Source: an uncultured Holophaga sp. (GTDB taxonomy: Bacteria; Acidobacteriota; Holophagae; Holophagales; Holophagaceae). From it: 64,000 nucleotides of DNA. Position 1 is the first letter of the stretch. Every line of letters begins with the position of its first letter. The stretch covers positions 3,392,001 to 3,456,000 of the forward strand of contig OY761614.1 of NCBI GenBank assembly GCA_963664825.1, written 5' to 3'. Positions 1-8,748 of the stretch are shown in pieces. The position numbers and the translations under genes were made by a program. The notes under the pieces were generated by a model. The model had not been told where the DNA came from. It worked only from the letters and a program-made list of their open reading frames with translations, and made no database searches.

Positions 1-167
1 CCCGCAGGGAGACTCGCGAGGGATTCGATGTTGCGCGCCGTGGCCACCACACCCCAACCACGGGCCCTCAAGGCCTCCACCAGGGCCCTCCCGATGCCTG
101 TGGAACAGCCCGTAACCAGGGCCCAGCGGCGCGGGGAGAGATTCGAGCTAGGGTTCAACATTGGCAT
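1..167 (-). CDS. SDR family oxidoreductase, 5' part only (runs off the window edge; not in the ORF track)
   Basis: Manual translation from ATG 167 (or 161): MPMLNPSSNLSPRRWALVTGCSTGIGRALVEALRARGWGVVATARNIESL. It carries the classical SDR TGxxxGIG and ATAR motifs and overlaps the end of the resB-like gene. Confidence 0.85.
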   Translation of the reverse strand, partial: MPMLNPSSNLSPRRWALVTGCSTGIGRALVEALRARGWGVVATARNIESLASLPA

Positions 168-1767
168 CCGTTCCGATTTTTCTGCGCCGATTTGGCAACT
201 TGAGATAGGCCCACCAAGCGCCTCCAATGACCAGAATCAGGCAGCCCAGCCACACCATCCAGGCGCCCGGCCGATGGACGACCAGGATGGCGCTGGCCTC
301 CGGGTCCAGAGAACCTTGGGGGCCCTGAAGGAAGGAGAGCCCTTCAAAGACGAGGGGATCGCTCACGCCCACCACCTTGCGGGCCAATTCCCGTCCCTGA
401 GGATCTTCCACCACAAGCGTGCTGCGGAGATCCCTCGGATCGGGAAGCGGCTGGGAGCATCCCAGGGCGACACGGCCTTCCAGGAGGGCCTTCGCAGATC
501 CATCGGCGCAGATCCAGGCCCTTTCGGAGGCGCCCGAATGGGTGTCTATCACCCTCACACGGACGGCCGCCCTGCCCGGAGTCTCGGACTGGCCCTGAGC
601 CGCCGGGAAGAAGCCCTCGAAGAGTCCCAGGGGCGTCACAGAGAGGCCCGGTTCCACCACGAAGGGGCGGTCCAGCACCCAGGTGTCCTCCCGCACCAGG
701 CGACCGGATTCCACCAGGGCCACCCTGTGCTCGGCGAGGCCGAAGACCACGAAGCGCGTTTGAGTCTCCTCGCCCTCCCGCAGGTATTTCAGATGGAGGC
801 CCTCAGGCAGGTTGGGCGCGTTCAGACGGTCCGTGTACTCGGGCTGACGGGCGCTCAGGAGCACGCGCCGGGGAGCCTTGCCCGGGGAGAGCAGCTCCAC
901 CTCCAACCAGGGGTCCAGGGGCTTCTGGGAGCGGGAACTCATCACAGGGTTCCCGGCGCCATCCTTGCGCACCTGGAAATCCGGATAGGTTTTCACCACC
1001 TTCAGGACGGCCCCCGCCACCTCGAGGCGCCCTCCTGCCTTGGCCGGGATTTCCTGCGTTCGGCCCGCGAAGGTCGCCAGGAGTCTTTCCCCGCGAGGCG
1101 CGTGGGGCCGAAGGGACGCCAGCAGGCTTCCCTCCAGGCGTTCCCGGAAGAGGACGGCAAAGCGCCCCTGGGGTTCCTCCCGGAAGGCCTCCTCCCCGAA
1201 GGAATGCAGGATGCCCAGCACGGGTTCGGTCCTGCCCAATCCCAGCATCACCAGGAGCACATCGGCTCCCCCAGAGGCAGGCGGGACGGGCATCCTGCCG
1301 GGCTTGAGCCCGAATTCCAGGGCGCCCGGGATCAGGCGCTCGATTTCATAATCCAGCCCGGCCCCGAGCCTTCCCTTCTGCCCCTCGGTCAGGGGAGGGG
1401 TGCGCAGACCCGCCTGGAGGTCCCCCCCGGGCCCTGTGGCCACGAGCCGGATCTCCGAGGGGATGCGGGAGACATCGAAGCGCTCCAGCCTCACCTGGAA
1501 ACCGGGCAGCACGTAGGGTTTCCCGGCATGAACGGGCTGGAGGGTATAGCTGCCCTGCCCCACTTTCAATTCAGTCCGGGCCTTCACACCCCCCAGGCGG
1601 TTCCAGAGCCCTCCCACCAGGAGGAAGGCCGGAGCGATCAGCACCAGCAGGAGGCCCATCCTGGATGGCGGATAGGGGCGCCGCTTCCAGGCCACAGCCA
1701 GGAGGATGAGCGCAAGGGCCGCCAGGGGCACCAGACACCAGAGGCTGTGGAACGCATCGCCGATCAT
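148..1767 (-). CDS. resB: Cytochrome c biogenesis ResB/Ccs1-like membrane protein
   Basis: N-terminal TM helices, a large beta-rich soluble domain, and a C-terminal 'SAILVVHRPGAWMVWLGCLILVIG' resembling the ResB (D/R)PG..vylG TM end. Confidence 0.65.
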   Translation of the reverse strand: MIGDAFHSLWCLVPLAALALILLAVAWKRRPYPPSRMGLLLVLIAPAFLLVGGLWNRLGGVKARTELKVGQGSYTLQPVHAGKPYVLPGFQVRLERFDVSRIPSEIRLVATGPGGDLQAGLRTPPLTEGQKGRLGAGLDYEIERLIPGALEFGLKPGRMPVPPASGGADVLLVMLGLGRTEPVLGILHSFGEEAFREEPQGRFAVLFRERLEGSLLASLRPHAPRGERLLATFAGRTQEIPAKAGGRLEVAGAVLKVVKTYPDFQVRKDGAGNPVMSSRSQKPLDPWLEVELLSPGKAPRRVLLSARQPEYTDRLNAPNLPEGLHLKYLREGEETQTRFVVFGLAEHRVALVESGRLVREDTWVLDRPFVVEPGLSVTPLGLFEGFFPAAQGQSETPGRAAVRVRVIDTHSGASERAWICADGSAKALLEGRVALGCSQPLPDPRDLRSTLVVEDPQGRELARKVVGVSDPLVFEGLSFLQGPQGSLDPEASAILVVHRPGAWMVWLGCLILVIGGAWWAYLKLPNRRRKIGTDANVEP

Positions 1768-1776
1768 GCTTCCACT

Positions 1777-3495
1777 CTAGACCAGCGCCAGGAGCCCGAC
1801 GAGGTAGAAGGCCATCTCCAGGGGAGGCCCCGCGCTCCGCTTGCCGGCCGTGAAACGCTCGTGGAAGAACCACAGGTAGCCCATGGGGTAGGCCGCGCTG
1901 CAGGCCAGGATGGCCAGCTTCACGGCCCCATGGGGTAATCCCACGTGCAGCGTCGTCCAGGCCGCGATTCCGAAGGCCGCCACCAGGAAGGCGGCCAGCA
2001 CCTCCTTGGTGGTCCTGCGCCCCAGCAGGATGGGCAGGGTCTCCTTCCCGAGGATCTGGTCGTTCTGCATATCCTGGATATTCCGGATCGAGGTCCGGGC
2101 AAACACGAGCGCGGTGACGAAGAAGATCCCCGCCCAGGCGCGGATGCCCCAGACCCAGCTGTGGTGCCACAGGGGAAGAGCCACCGCCACGATGGCCATG
2201 GCCAGACTCACCAGCACATCCTTGGAACCAGGAATGGCCACCAGGCTCAGGTTCAGACGTCCCAGGGTCACCTGGCGCTTGTAGGCCAGGCCAAAGGCCG
2301 AAGCCAGCCCCAACACCATGAAGGATCCCAGGCCCTGCCAGGCCGCGATCCCCAGGGCCACCCCTAGGCTACCCATCCCGATACCCACCAAGATCCGACG
2401 GTGGCCCTCCAGCACCTTGGCCCGGGCCGGGCCCTTGGCCATCAGGCCCACGGGATCCATGTAGGGGGCCAGCAGGAACATGGCCAGCATGTAGGCCGCC
2501 GTGATCAGGGGGTACTGCCAGGTCCGGGGAATGCCCATCCAGGCGTGGATGCCCAGGGACATGAGCGCCGCCCCGAGAGCCAAGCGCAGGGGCACGCCGA
2601 AGCCATTCCGGAAGAGGCGCATCACGCGGCTGGGACCCTGGCCCAGCTGTTCGAGAGCGGCCACCACTTCTTCCACCAGCCAGGTGGGGGTGGAGGCGCC
2701 CGCCAATACCCCCACCGTGGAGGCGCCATGGAAGCTGTCCAGATCCAGTTCCGCGGCGGTTTCCACGAACTGGCAGGGCTTGCCATAATGCCGAGCCAGT
2801 TCGGCCAGATGGCGCGAATTGGCGGAGTTCTTCCCGCCGACGATCACCACCGAATCCACCTGGGCGGCGATCTCCCGGGCCTCGGCCTGGCGTCGCCAGG
2901 AGTCTTCGCAGATGGTGTTCTCCACCACCAGATCCCCCGCGCGACCGCGCAGGTACTCGGCAATGGATTCGAAATCCTGCACCGTGAAGGTGGTCTGGGC
3001 GATGACGAGCACCTTCCTCAGTTGTTCGTCGCTGAGGGCCTCGGCCTCGGCCATATTGGCCACGATGACGCTGCCGCTTTCGGCGAAGCTCTGGTGGGCG
3101 ATGCTCTCGGCATGGCCATGGATGCCCAGGATCACAGTGAAATAGCCCTTGGGACTCCACTTCTTGATCCGGCTATGCACCTTGGCCACCTCGGGACAGG
3201 TGGCGTTGACCAGTTTCAACTCACCCTTGGCCTGACGGGCCTTGAGCCCGCGCAGATCCTGGATGGGGATGCCGTGGGCGCGGATGACCACCGTGCCGCC
3301 CCTCACAGACTCTGGAGTCTCCACCACCGAAACCCCGCGCCGACCGATGAGTTCCAGGGCCTGGGGATTGTGGATGAGGGGCCCCAGGGTCTGGACCTTC
3401 CGTCCTTCGCTGCGGGCAGACGCCTCCAGCACCGCGTCCATGGCCCGCCGCACGCCCCAGCAGAAGCCCGCCGTCTTGGCCACCAGTACCTTCAT
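1777..3495 (-). CDS. ispH: 4-hydroxy-3-methylbut-2-enyl diphosphate reductase fused to a C-terminal UbiA-like multi-TM domain
   Basis: IspH motifs AGFCWGV, LIHN, IRAHG, ATCPEV, QTT, NTIC, VGGKNSAN, AGASTP. About 280 aa of hydrophobic C-terminus with IQDMQND..G..TLP (UbiA second Asp-rich motif). Start set at MKVLVAK. Confidence 0.9.
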   Translation of the reverse strand: MKVLVAKTAGFCWGVRRAMDAVLEASARSEGRKVQTLGPLIHNPQALELIGRRGVSVVETPESVRGGTVVIRAHGIPIQDLRGLKARQAKGELKLVNATCPEVAKVHSRIKKWSPKGYFTVILGIHGHAESIAHQSFAESGSVIVANMAEAEALSDEQLRKVLVIAQTTFTVQDFESIAEYLRGRAGDLVVENTICEDSWRRQAEAREIAAQVDSVVIVGGKNSANSRHLAELARHYGKPCQFVETAAELDLDSFHGASTVGVLAGASTPTWLVEEVVAALEQLGQGPSRVMRLFRNGFGVPLRLALGAALMSLGIHAWMGIPRTWQYPLITAAYMLAMFLLAPYMDPVGLMAKGPARAKVLEGHRRILVGIGMGSLGVALGIAAWQGLGSFMVLGLASAFGLAYKRQVTLGRLNLSLVAIPGSKDVLVSLAMAIVAVALPLWHHSWVWGIRAWAGIFFVTALVFARTSIRNIQDMQNDQILGKETLPILLGRRTTKEVLAAFLVAAFGIAAWTTLHVGLPHGAVKLAILACSAAYPMGYLWFFHERFTAGKRSAGPPLEMAFYLVGLLALV

Positions 3496-3672
3496 GGGTC
3501 TCCTTGATTCTTGACCAACGCGGTCGGCAATGCAGAATACCCCGGAACAAGGGACTTTTCCACGCGCCACCGAACAGCACGGAGCTTTCTTCCGAAAAAA
3601 ACGTCACCCGTTTCTTGGGAATCCAAGTACCGTGAAAGCTTCGGACCCCCGAGGCTCCCGAGGTATTTGGAC

Positions 3673-4116
3673 ATGGTTGCTCCTCCGCTTCTGCCCGTCA
3701 CATTGACTTGCAACACGGATCTCCGTTTCATCGACCTCATCCAGGTCGTGGGCTCGGAGCTCCTCAAGCATCTGAGCTTCAGTCACGAAGACGGCGAACG
3801 GCTCTGGCTGGCCATCCAGGAAGGCATCGCCAATGCCATGCGCCACGGGAACAAGCTGGACAAGCAGAAGGTCGTCAAGGTCACCTTCGACCCCAGCCCC
3901 GGCAAGATCGAGATCCGCATCGAGGATCAGGGGGACGGCGTGAACCTGGACGCCCTTCCCAATCCCAACCTCCCCGAGAACCTCCTCAAGCCCTGCGGCC
4001 GCGGCGTCTACTTCATGAAGCAGGTCATGGACACCGTCGAGATGCGCAGCCACGACCAAGGCAGCACCCTCGTGCTGGTGAAGAACCGTCGGCACGCCGA
4101 GGCCGTGGAGGTCTGA
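3673..4116 (+). CDS. RsbW-like anti-sigma factor / Ser-Thr kinase (HATPase_c_2)
   Basis: EGIANAMRHGN (N box), DQGDG (G1), GRGVYFMKQVMD (G2). Confidence 0.85.
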   Translation: MVAPPLLPVTLTCNTDLRFIDLIQVVGSELLKHLSFSHEDGERLWLAIQEGIANAMRHGNKLDKQKVVKVTFDPSPGKIEIRIEDQGDGVNLDALPNPNLPENLLKPCGRGVYFMKQVMDTVEMRSHDQGSTLVLVKNRRHAEAVEV

Positions 4117-4166
4117 GGGGCTTTCGCCATTCGAGCCCTGGACAATCGACCGGCCGCCCCCGAGCC

Positions 4167-4982
4167 TCAGTTTCCCAGGTAGGTGAACCAGAACCGCACG
4201 CCCAGGGTGGGCCCTTCGAATCCGTCGGGCAGGCGCGGCAGGGGATCGGAGCGGCGCACGGCCATGAGGGCGCTCTGATCGAGAGAGCCATTCCCGCTGG
4301 GGATCTCGATGCGGGCGCCCTCGAGATGGCCGTCCCGGCGGATGCGAAAGTAGATCTGCACACGGCCCTGGGCGCTATTGATGCGGTTCCAGTTGCCGGT
4401 GATGGTGCCCTGCACCTGCTGCAGATACCACACGAAGGGGAAGTTCCCGTCCAGATCGCCGATGAGCCCCACGCCGCCCTGGACGCCGCCCGTGGCCCGG
4501 AGTCCGGGGATGCCCGTGCCCTCGCCGATGCCGCCGCCACCGCCCCGCCCGGCCGCGCCCGGAGTGGGATGGGCCGAAGGCCTAGCCCCCTTGCTGGCCA
4601 CGGGCGCCTTGCCCATGCTCTCGGGATTGGTGCTGGTGCCCTTGGCGGGGGCGCTCCGCTTGGTGCCGAAGACATTGGGGGTCACCGAACTCCCGGCCTT
4701 GTCATCGCTCTTGGGAGCCACCTCTTCCACCCGGCGCACCCGCTCGCCCTGGGTGCCCTCCTCCATGGCCGCACTGCCCCCGGAGGTGCCCTCACTGCCC
4801 ATGGCGGGAAGGGTGACCCAGGTGACCTTGACCTCTTCGGATTTGGGCGTGACCTTGGGCAGCACCAGGAAGGCCCCCGCCACCAGCAGGTGCGCCGCGG
4901 CGCTCAGGGCGATGCCCGCCGGCCAGCTCATCGCGCCGACCCGCGCGCGTTCCTGGAGCTGCTGATAGAGGGCCTGGCGCAT
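4167..4982 (-). CDS. TonB/TolA family energy transducer
   Basis: Single N-terminal TM with SAAAH motif, low-complexity linker, C-terminal TonB_2-like domain (IYFRIRRDG..SGNGSLDQSALMAVRR..PLP). Confidence 0.85.
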   Translation of the reverse strand: MRQALYQQLQERARVGAMSWPAGIALSAAAHLLVAGAFLVLPKVTPKSEEVKVTWVTLPAMGSEGTSGGSAAMEEGTQGERVRRVEEVAPKSDDKAGSSVTPNVFGTKRSAPAKGTSTNPESMGKAPVASKGARPSAHPTPGAAGRGGGGGIGEGTGIPGLRATGGVQGGVGLIGDLDGNFPFVWYLQQVQGTITGNWNRINSAQGRVQIYFRIRRDGHLEGARIEIPSGNGSLDQSALMAVRRSDPLPRLPDGFEGPTLGVRFWFTYLGN

Positions 4983-5413
4983 CAGAATTCCTTTTCGGAC
5001 GCCGGTGCCCCAGGAATGCCCTGTGTGACGAAGCCCACCTGGGTGAAGCCCGCCTCGCGGATGGCGTCCACCACGGCGATGACCCGGCCGTAGGGGATGG
5101 CATTATCGGCCCGCACCAGCACCGGGCGTTTCCGGCCCTCGCTGGCCTTCTGGCGGAGCTGGCTCTTGAGCTGTTCTTCGCGCAGATAGGCCTTCTCGAA
5201 TTCGATGCGCCCATCCCGGGAGAGGGTGACCACGAGAGCCTCGCTCTCCAGGCTCTTGCCCGTGCGGCTCTCGGGCAGGTTCACGTCCACGCCCGTGGTC
5301 AGCATGGGCGCCGCCACCATGAAGATGATCAAGAGCACGAGCATGACGTCGATCATGGGCGTCATGTTGATGTCGGCCATCTGTCCGCGCTTACTACCGG
5401 GTGTAAAGGCCAT
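4982..5413 (-). CDS. exbD: Biopolymer transport protein ExbD/TolR
   Basis: [36 protein letters not shown] motifs. Confidence 0.92.
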   Translation of the reverse strand: MAFTPGSKRGQMADINMTPMIDVMLVLLIIFMVAAPMLTTGVDVNLPESRTGKSLESEALVVTLSRDGRIEFEKAYLREEQLKSQLRQKASEGRKRPVLVRADNAIPYGRVIAVVDAIREAGFTQVGFVTQGIPGAPASEKEF

Positions 5414-5487
5414 AGGTTCCTCTGAACTCCGCTCCCAGTCTACACCCAAGCCGGGCCCGCGTTCCCAGCCCTCGGCGTTGCATTAGG

Positions 5488-6387
5488 ATGGAAGAGCTAA
5501 GGATCCTCATGCTGCACCGCTTGCTCTACGCCAACTGGGAGGAGCCGCCCGAAAGGATGGCCTTCGAGGCGCCGTACCGGCAGATCCTGACCCGCACCCG
5601 GGAGACGCTGGCAAGGGTGCTCCAGGGCACCGACGCCGCCCTGGATGATCCTCCCTCGGCCCCGGCGGCCTTCTGGGAAGACTGCCTGGATCTCTACCTG
5701 CTCGCCCCCGCCCTCGTCAACGTGGCCCTGAACTACAAGGTCTGCGTGGAACAGGGACTGCCCCTGCATCCCACCTACTACTTCGAAGTCAGCGAAAAAA
5801 ACCGCTTCCAGGCCAGCTACCCGCCGGAGATCACCGCGGGGGCCCAAGCGTTCTTCCTGGAGGCCATCACCATGGCCCGGGTTATTTTTTCCCTTCAGCC
5901 TGACGCGGTGGAGCGCCTGGAGGCCTTCCAGGAGCACCTGCCCGCAGGCGTGGCGGATTTCATCTACACCAGCACCCAGGACAAGTACACCTGGCGGGCC
6001 TCGGAACCCCGCAAGGTCCTCGACCTGGTCGCCTCCATCCAAAAGAAAGTGCAACCCAGCCTGATCCTGGGGGCGGCCCACGGCTCCATCATGTCGGGGC
6101 TCCTGGCGGCCAATCTGCTGGAGGCGCCCCTCTACTTCATCCGTTTCTCCATGTTCAAGCGCCACGACACAGCCCCCATCATCGCCCCCAGCGATCTGCA
6201 CTTCCTGGCCGCCTACCGCCAGGGGCCCGTGATCCTCTTCGACGAGGATGTGGCCAAGGGCACGACCCTCACCCAGTTCACGGATTTCCTGAGGCCCTTC
6301 TTCCAGGAATCCTATTCCGCCGGAGTCCTGCGCCATGCCTACGCCTCCCACCGCCCCGACTTCACCGGCCAGGTGTGGTACGAATGA
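5488..6387 (+). CDS. Phosphoribosyltransferase-fold protein with a helical N-terminal domain
   Basis: C-terminal type I PRT pattern: LILGAAHGS...LLAANLL and PRPP-loop-like VILFDEDVAKGTTL. The N-terminal ~170 aa is not recognised. Confidence 0.6.
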   Translation: MEELRILMLHRLLYANWEEPPERMAFEAPYRQILTRTRETLARVLQGTDAALDDPPSAPAAFWEDCLDLYLLAPALVNVALNYKVCVEQGLPLHPTYYFEVSEKNRFQASYPPEITAGAQAFFLEAITMARVIFSLQPDAVERLEAFQEHLPAGVADFIYTSTQDKYTWRASEPRKVLDLVASIQKKVQPSLILGAAHGSIMSGLLAANLLEAPLYFIRFSMFKRHDTAPIIAPSDLHFLAAYRQGPVILFDEDVAKGTTLTQFTDFLRPFFQESYSAGVLRHAYASHRPDFTGQVWYE

Positions 6388-6408
6388 GGGCCATGATCTA
6401 ATGCATCC

Positions 6409-8700
6409 ATGATTCGTCTCATCGTCGCCGAAAAACCGAGCATGGGCCGCGCCATCGCGGCCGCGCTGGGGCTCCAGGGCAGCGGGCGCAGCTCCATTCA
6501 AGGAGGCGACACCATCGTCACCTGGTGTGTGGGCCATCTGGTGGAAGCGCTCGGTCCCGAGGGCTACGATCCGAACTTGAAGCAGTGGCGCCTGGACACG
6601 GTGCCCATCTTCCCCCCGGAATTCCGCTACGCGGCCAATGCCCAGACGAAAGACCAGTACGACGTGGTGGCCGGACTGATGACCCGGGACGATATCGGCG
6701 AGGTCGTCAACGCCACGGATGCCGGGCGCGAGGGGGAACTCATCTTCGATCTGGTCTACCGCCTCTCGGGATGCGCCAAGCCCGTGCTGCGTTTCTGGAC
6801 CTCCAGCCTCACCGACGACGCCATCCGGGAGGCCTACGGTCGCATGAAGCCTGGAGAAGCCTATGTGGGCCTGCGGGACGCGGCCAGATCCCGCCAGGAA
6901 TCCGACTGGCTCGTGGGGATCAATTGCACTCGGGCCCAGACCCTGGTGATGAGGCGATCCGGCGGGGAAGGAGTCTACTCCATCGGCCGTGTGCAGACGC
7001 CGACGCTGGCCATCCTGGTGAACCGGGAACTGGAGATCACCAACTTCGTGCCAAAGGATTTCTGGACGCTGCTGGCCGTCTTCACCACCCCCGAGGGCGC
7101 CTACAAGGGCAAGTGGTTCACCAAGCTCGAGGGCAAGGAGCAGGACCGCTTCGAGCACGAAGAAGATGCCAGGGCCCTGGCCGCCAAGCTGGCCGGTCTC
7201 CCGGGCCTAGTGGCTTCGGTCACGGGCAAGACCGACAAGAAGCGCCCGGAGCTGCTCTACGACCTGACGGCCCTCCAGAAGGAAGCCAATAAGCGCTTCG
7301 GTTTCACCGCCGAGCACACGCTGGAGATCGCCCAGACCCTGTATGAATCCAAGCTCATCAGCTATCCCCGCACCAATTCGCGCTATCTCACGGAAGCCGA
7401 TGCCGCCAAGGTGCCCATCTGGATCAAGGCCCTGGCCACCGGGCAGCTGGTGGAGCTGCGCCCCTTCGTCGAAGAGCTCCGAGGCCGCTGGCCGGTGAAA
7501 CTGGACAAGCGCTTCGTGGACGATAAGGAAGTGGAGGATCACTCGGCCCTGGTGCCCACGGAAAATGCCGCCCGGAGCCTGGGCGGCGACGGGCTCAAGA
7601 TCTACGAACTCATCGCCAGGCGATTCCTGGCGGCTTTTTTCCCCGAGCGCATCGAGGCCAAGACCACGATCGTCACCAAGATCGCCAAGGAGACCTTCAA
7701 GACCATGGGCACGGTGGTGAAGGAATTGGGCTGGTCCCAGGTGGATCCGCCCCACGGCAGGCCCAAGAAGGAGACCAAGAAGGCCAAGGCCGAAGAACTG
7801 GAGGCTGAAGAACCCGAAGCCGAGGAGCCCGAAGAAGACGCAGGCACGCTGCCCCTGGTCACCAAGGGACAGGAGGTCGCCACCCGGGAGCTCCTCCCCA
7901 AGGCCGGCAAGACCTCGCCCCCCAAGCGCATGAGCGAAGGGGATCTGCTGGCCGCCATGCAGGGCGCGGGCCGGGAGCTGGACGATTCCGAACTCAAGGG
8001 CGCCATGAAGGACTGCGGCCTGGGCACCCCCGCCACCCGGGCCTCCATCATCGAGACGCTGCTCAAGCGCATGTACGCGGCCCGCAAGCGCAATATCCTC
8101 CAACCCACGGAAAAGGGCATCGAATTGATCCGGGGTCTGCAGGCCGAGAGCCTCAAGTCCCCCCAGCTCACTGGCGAATGGGAGGCGCGCCTGGAGCGCA
8201 TGCGCCGGGGCGAGACCGCCCGGGAGGCCTTCATGGGGGACGTGAAGACCTTCGTGACAGACCTCATCGACCAGATCAAGGCCTCGGCCCCTGCGACCTC
8301 CAAGCAGATCTTCGGCCCGGTCCTCGGCCCCTGCCCCAGCTGCGGCGCGGAGCTGCGCCTGCGGGACTGGAAGGGGACATACTACGCCAAGTGCAGCGGC
8401 GCCGAATGCCGCGTGGCCTTCGATTGCGACGACAAGGGCCAGCCCGCCATCCTCTGCCGCTACTGCCAGGGCCCCGTGCGCACGACCAAATCCGGTTCGC
8501 ACATCTGCGTGGCCTGCCAGCGGTGGCAGGAGGAGAAGACCCTCGAGGCCGCGCCAGAGGCTCCGCCCTGCGCCTCCTGTGGCCGGCCCATGCGGGTCAT
8601 CCCCAGCACCCGCAAGGGCCAGTATTTCTTGCGCTGCGCAGCGTGCGGCATCACCCAGGAAGCGAAGAGTCCCGCCCCTGCGCCCGAATCCCCATCTTGA
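6409..8700 (+). CDS. topB: DNA topoisomerase III (type IA) with C-terminal Cys4 zinc ribbons
   Basis: Toprim AEKPS, ATDAGREGE, GRVQTPTL, catalytic ISYPRT, GLGTPATRASIIE, and three CxxC..CxxC repeats. Confidence 0.93.
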   Translation: MIRLIVAEKPSMGRAIAAALGLQGSGRSSIQGGDTIVTWCVGHLVEALGPEGYDPNLKQWRLDTVPIFPPEFRYAANAQTKDQYDVVAGLMTRDDIGEVVNATDAGREGELIFDLVYRLSGCAKPVLRFWTSSLTDDAIREAYGRMKPGEAYVGLRDAARSRQESDWLVGINCTRAQTLVMRRSGGEGVYSIGRVQTPTLAILVNRELEITNFVPKDFWTLLAVFTTPEGAYKGKWFTKLEGKEQDRFEHEEDARALAAKLAGLPGLVASVTGKTDKKRPELLYDLTALQKEANKRFGFTAEHTLEIAQTLYESKLISYPRTNSRYLTEADAAKVPIWIKALATGQLVELRPFVEELRGRWPVKLDKRFVDDKEVEDHSALVPTENAARSLGGDGLKIYELIARRFLAAFFPERIEAKTTIVTKIAKETFKTMGTVVKELGWSQVDPPHGRPKKETKKAKAEELEAEEPEAEEPEEDAGTLPLVTKGQEVATRELLPKAGKTSPPKRMSEGDLLAAMQGAGRELDDSELKGAMKDCGLGTPATRASIIETLLKRMYAARKRNILQPTEKGIELIRGLQAESLKSPQLTGEWEARLERMRRGETAREAFMGDVKTFVTDLIDQIKASAPATSKQIFGPVLGPCPSCGAELRLRDWKGTYYAKCSGAECRVAFDCDDKGQPAILCRYCQGPVRTTKSGSHICVACQRWQEEKTLEAAPEAPPCASCGRPMRVIPSTRKGQYFLRCAACGITQEAKSPAPAPESPS

Positions 8701-8748
8701 AGGCCAATCCCTGCTAGGCTTTTGCCATACATTCCCCAAGGACTGGCC

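Noticed and set aside
28..1938. 636-aa plus-strand ORF, and similar long ORFs such as 7207-10284 (-), 17673-20555 (+), 29330-31024 (-) and 44466-46118 (+)
   Set aside because: These are antisense or alternate-frame shadows of motif-bearing genes, expected at high GC, and show no recognisable motifs.
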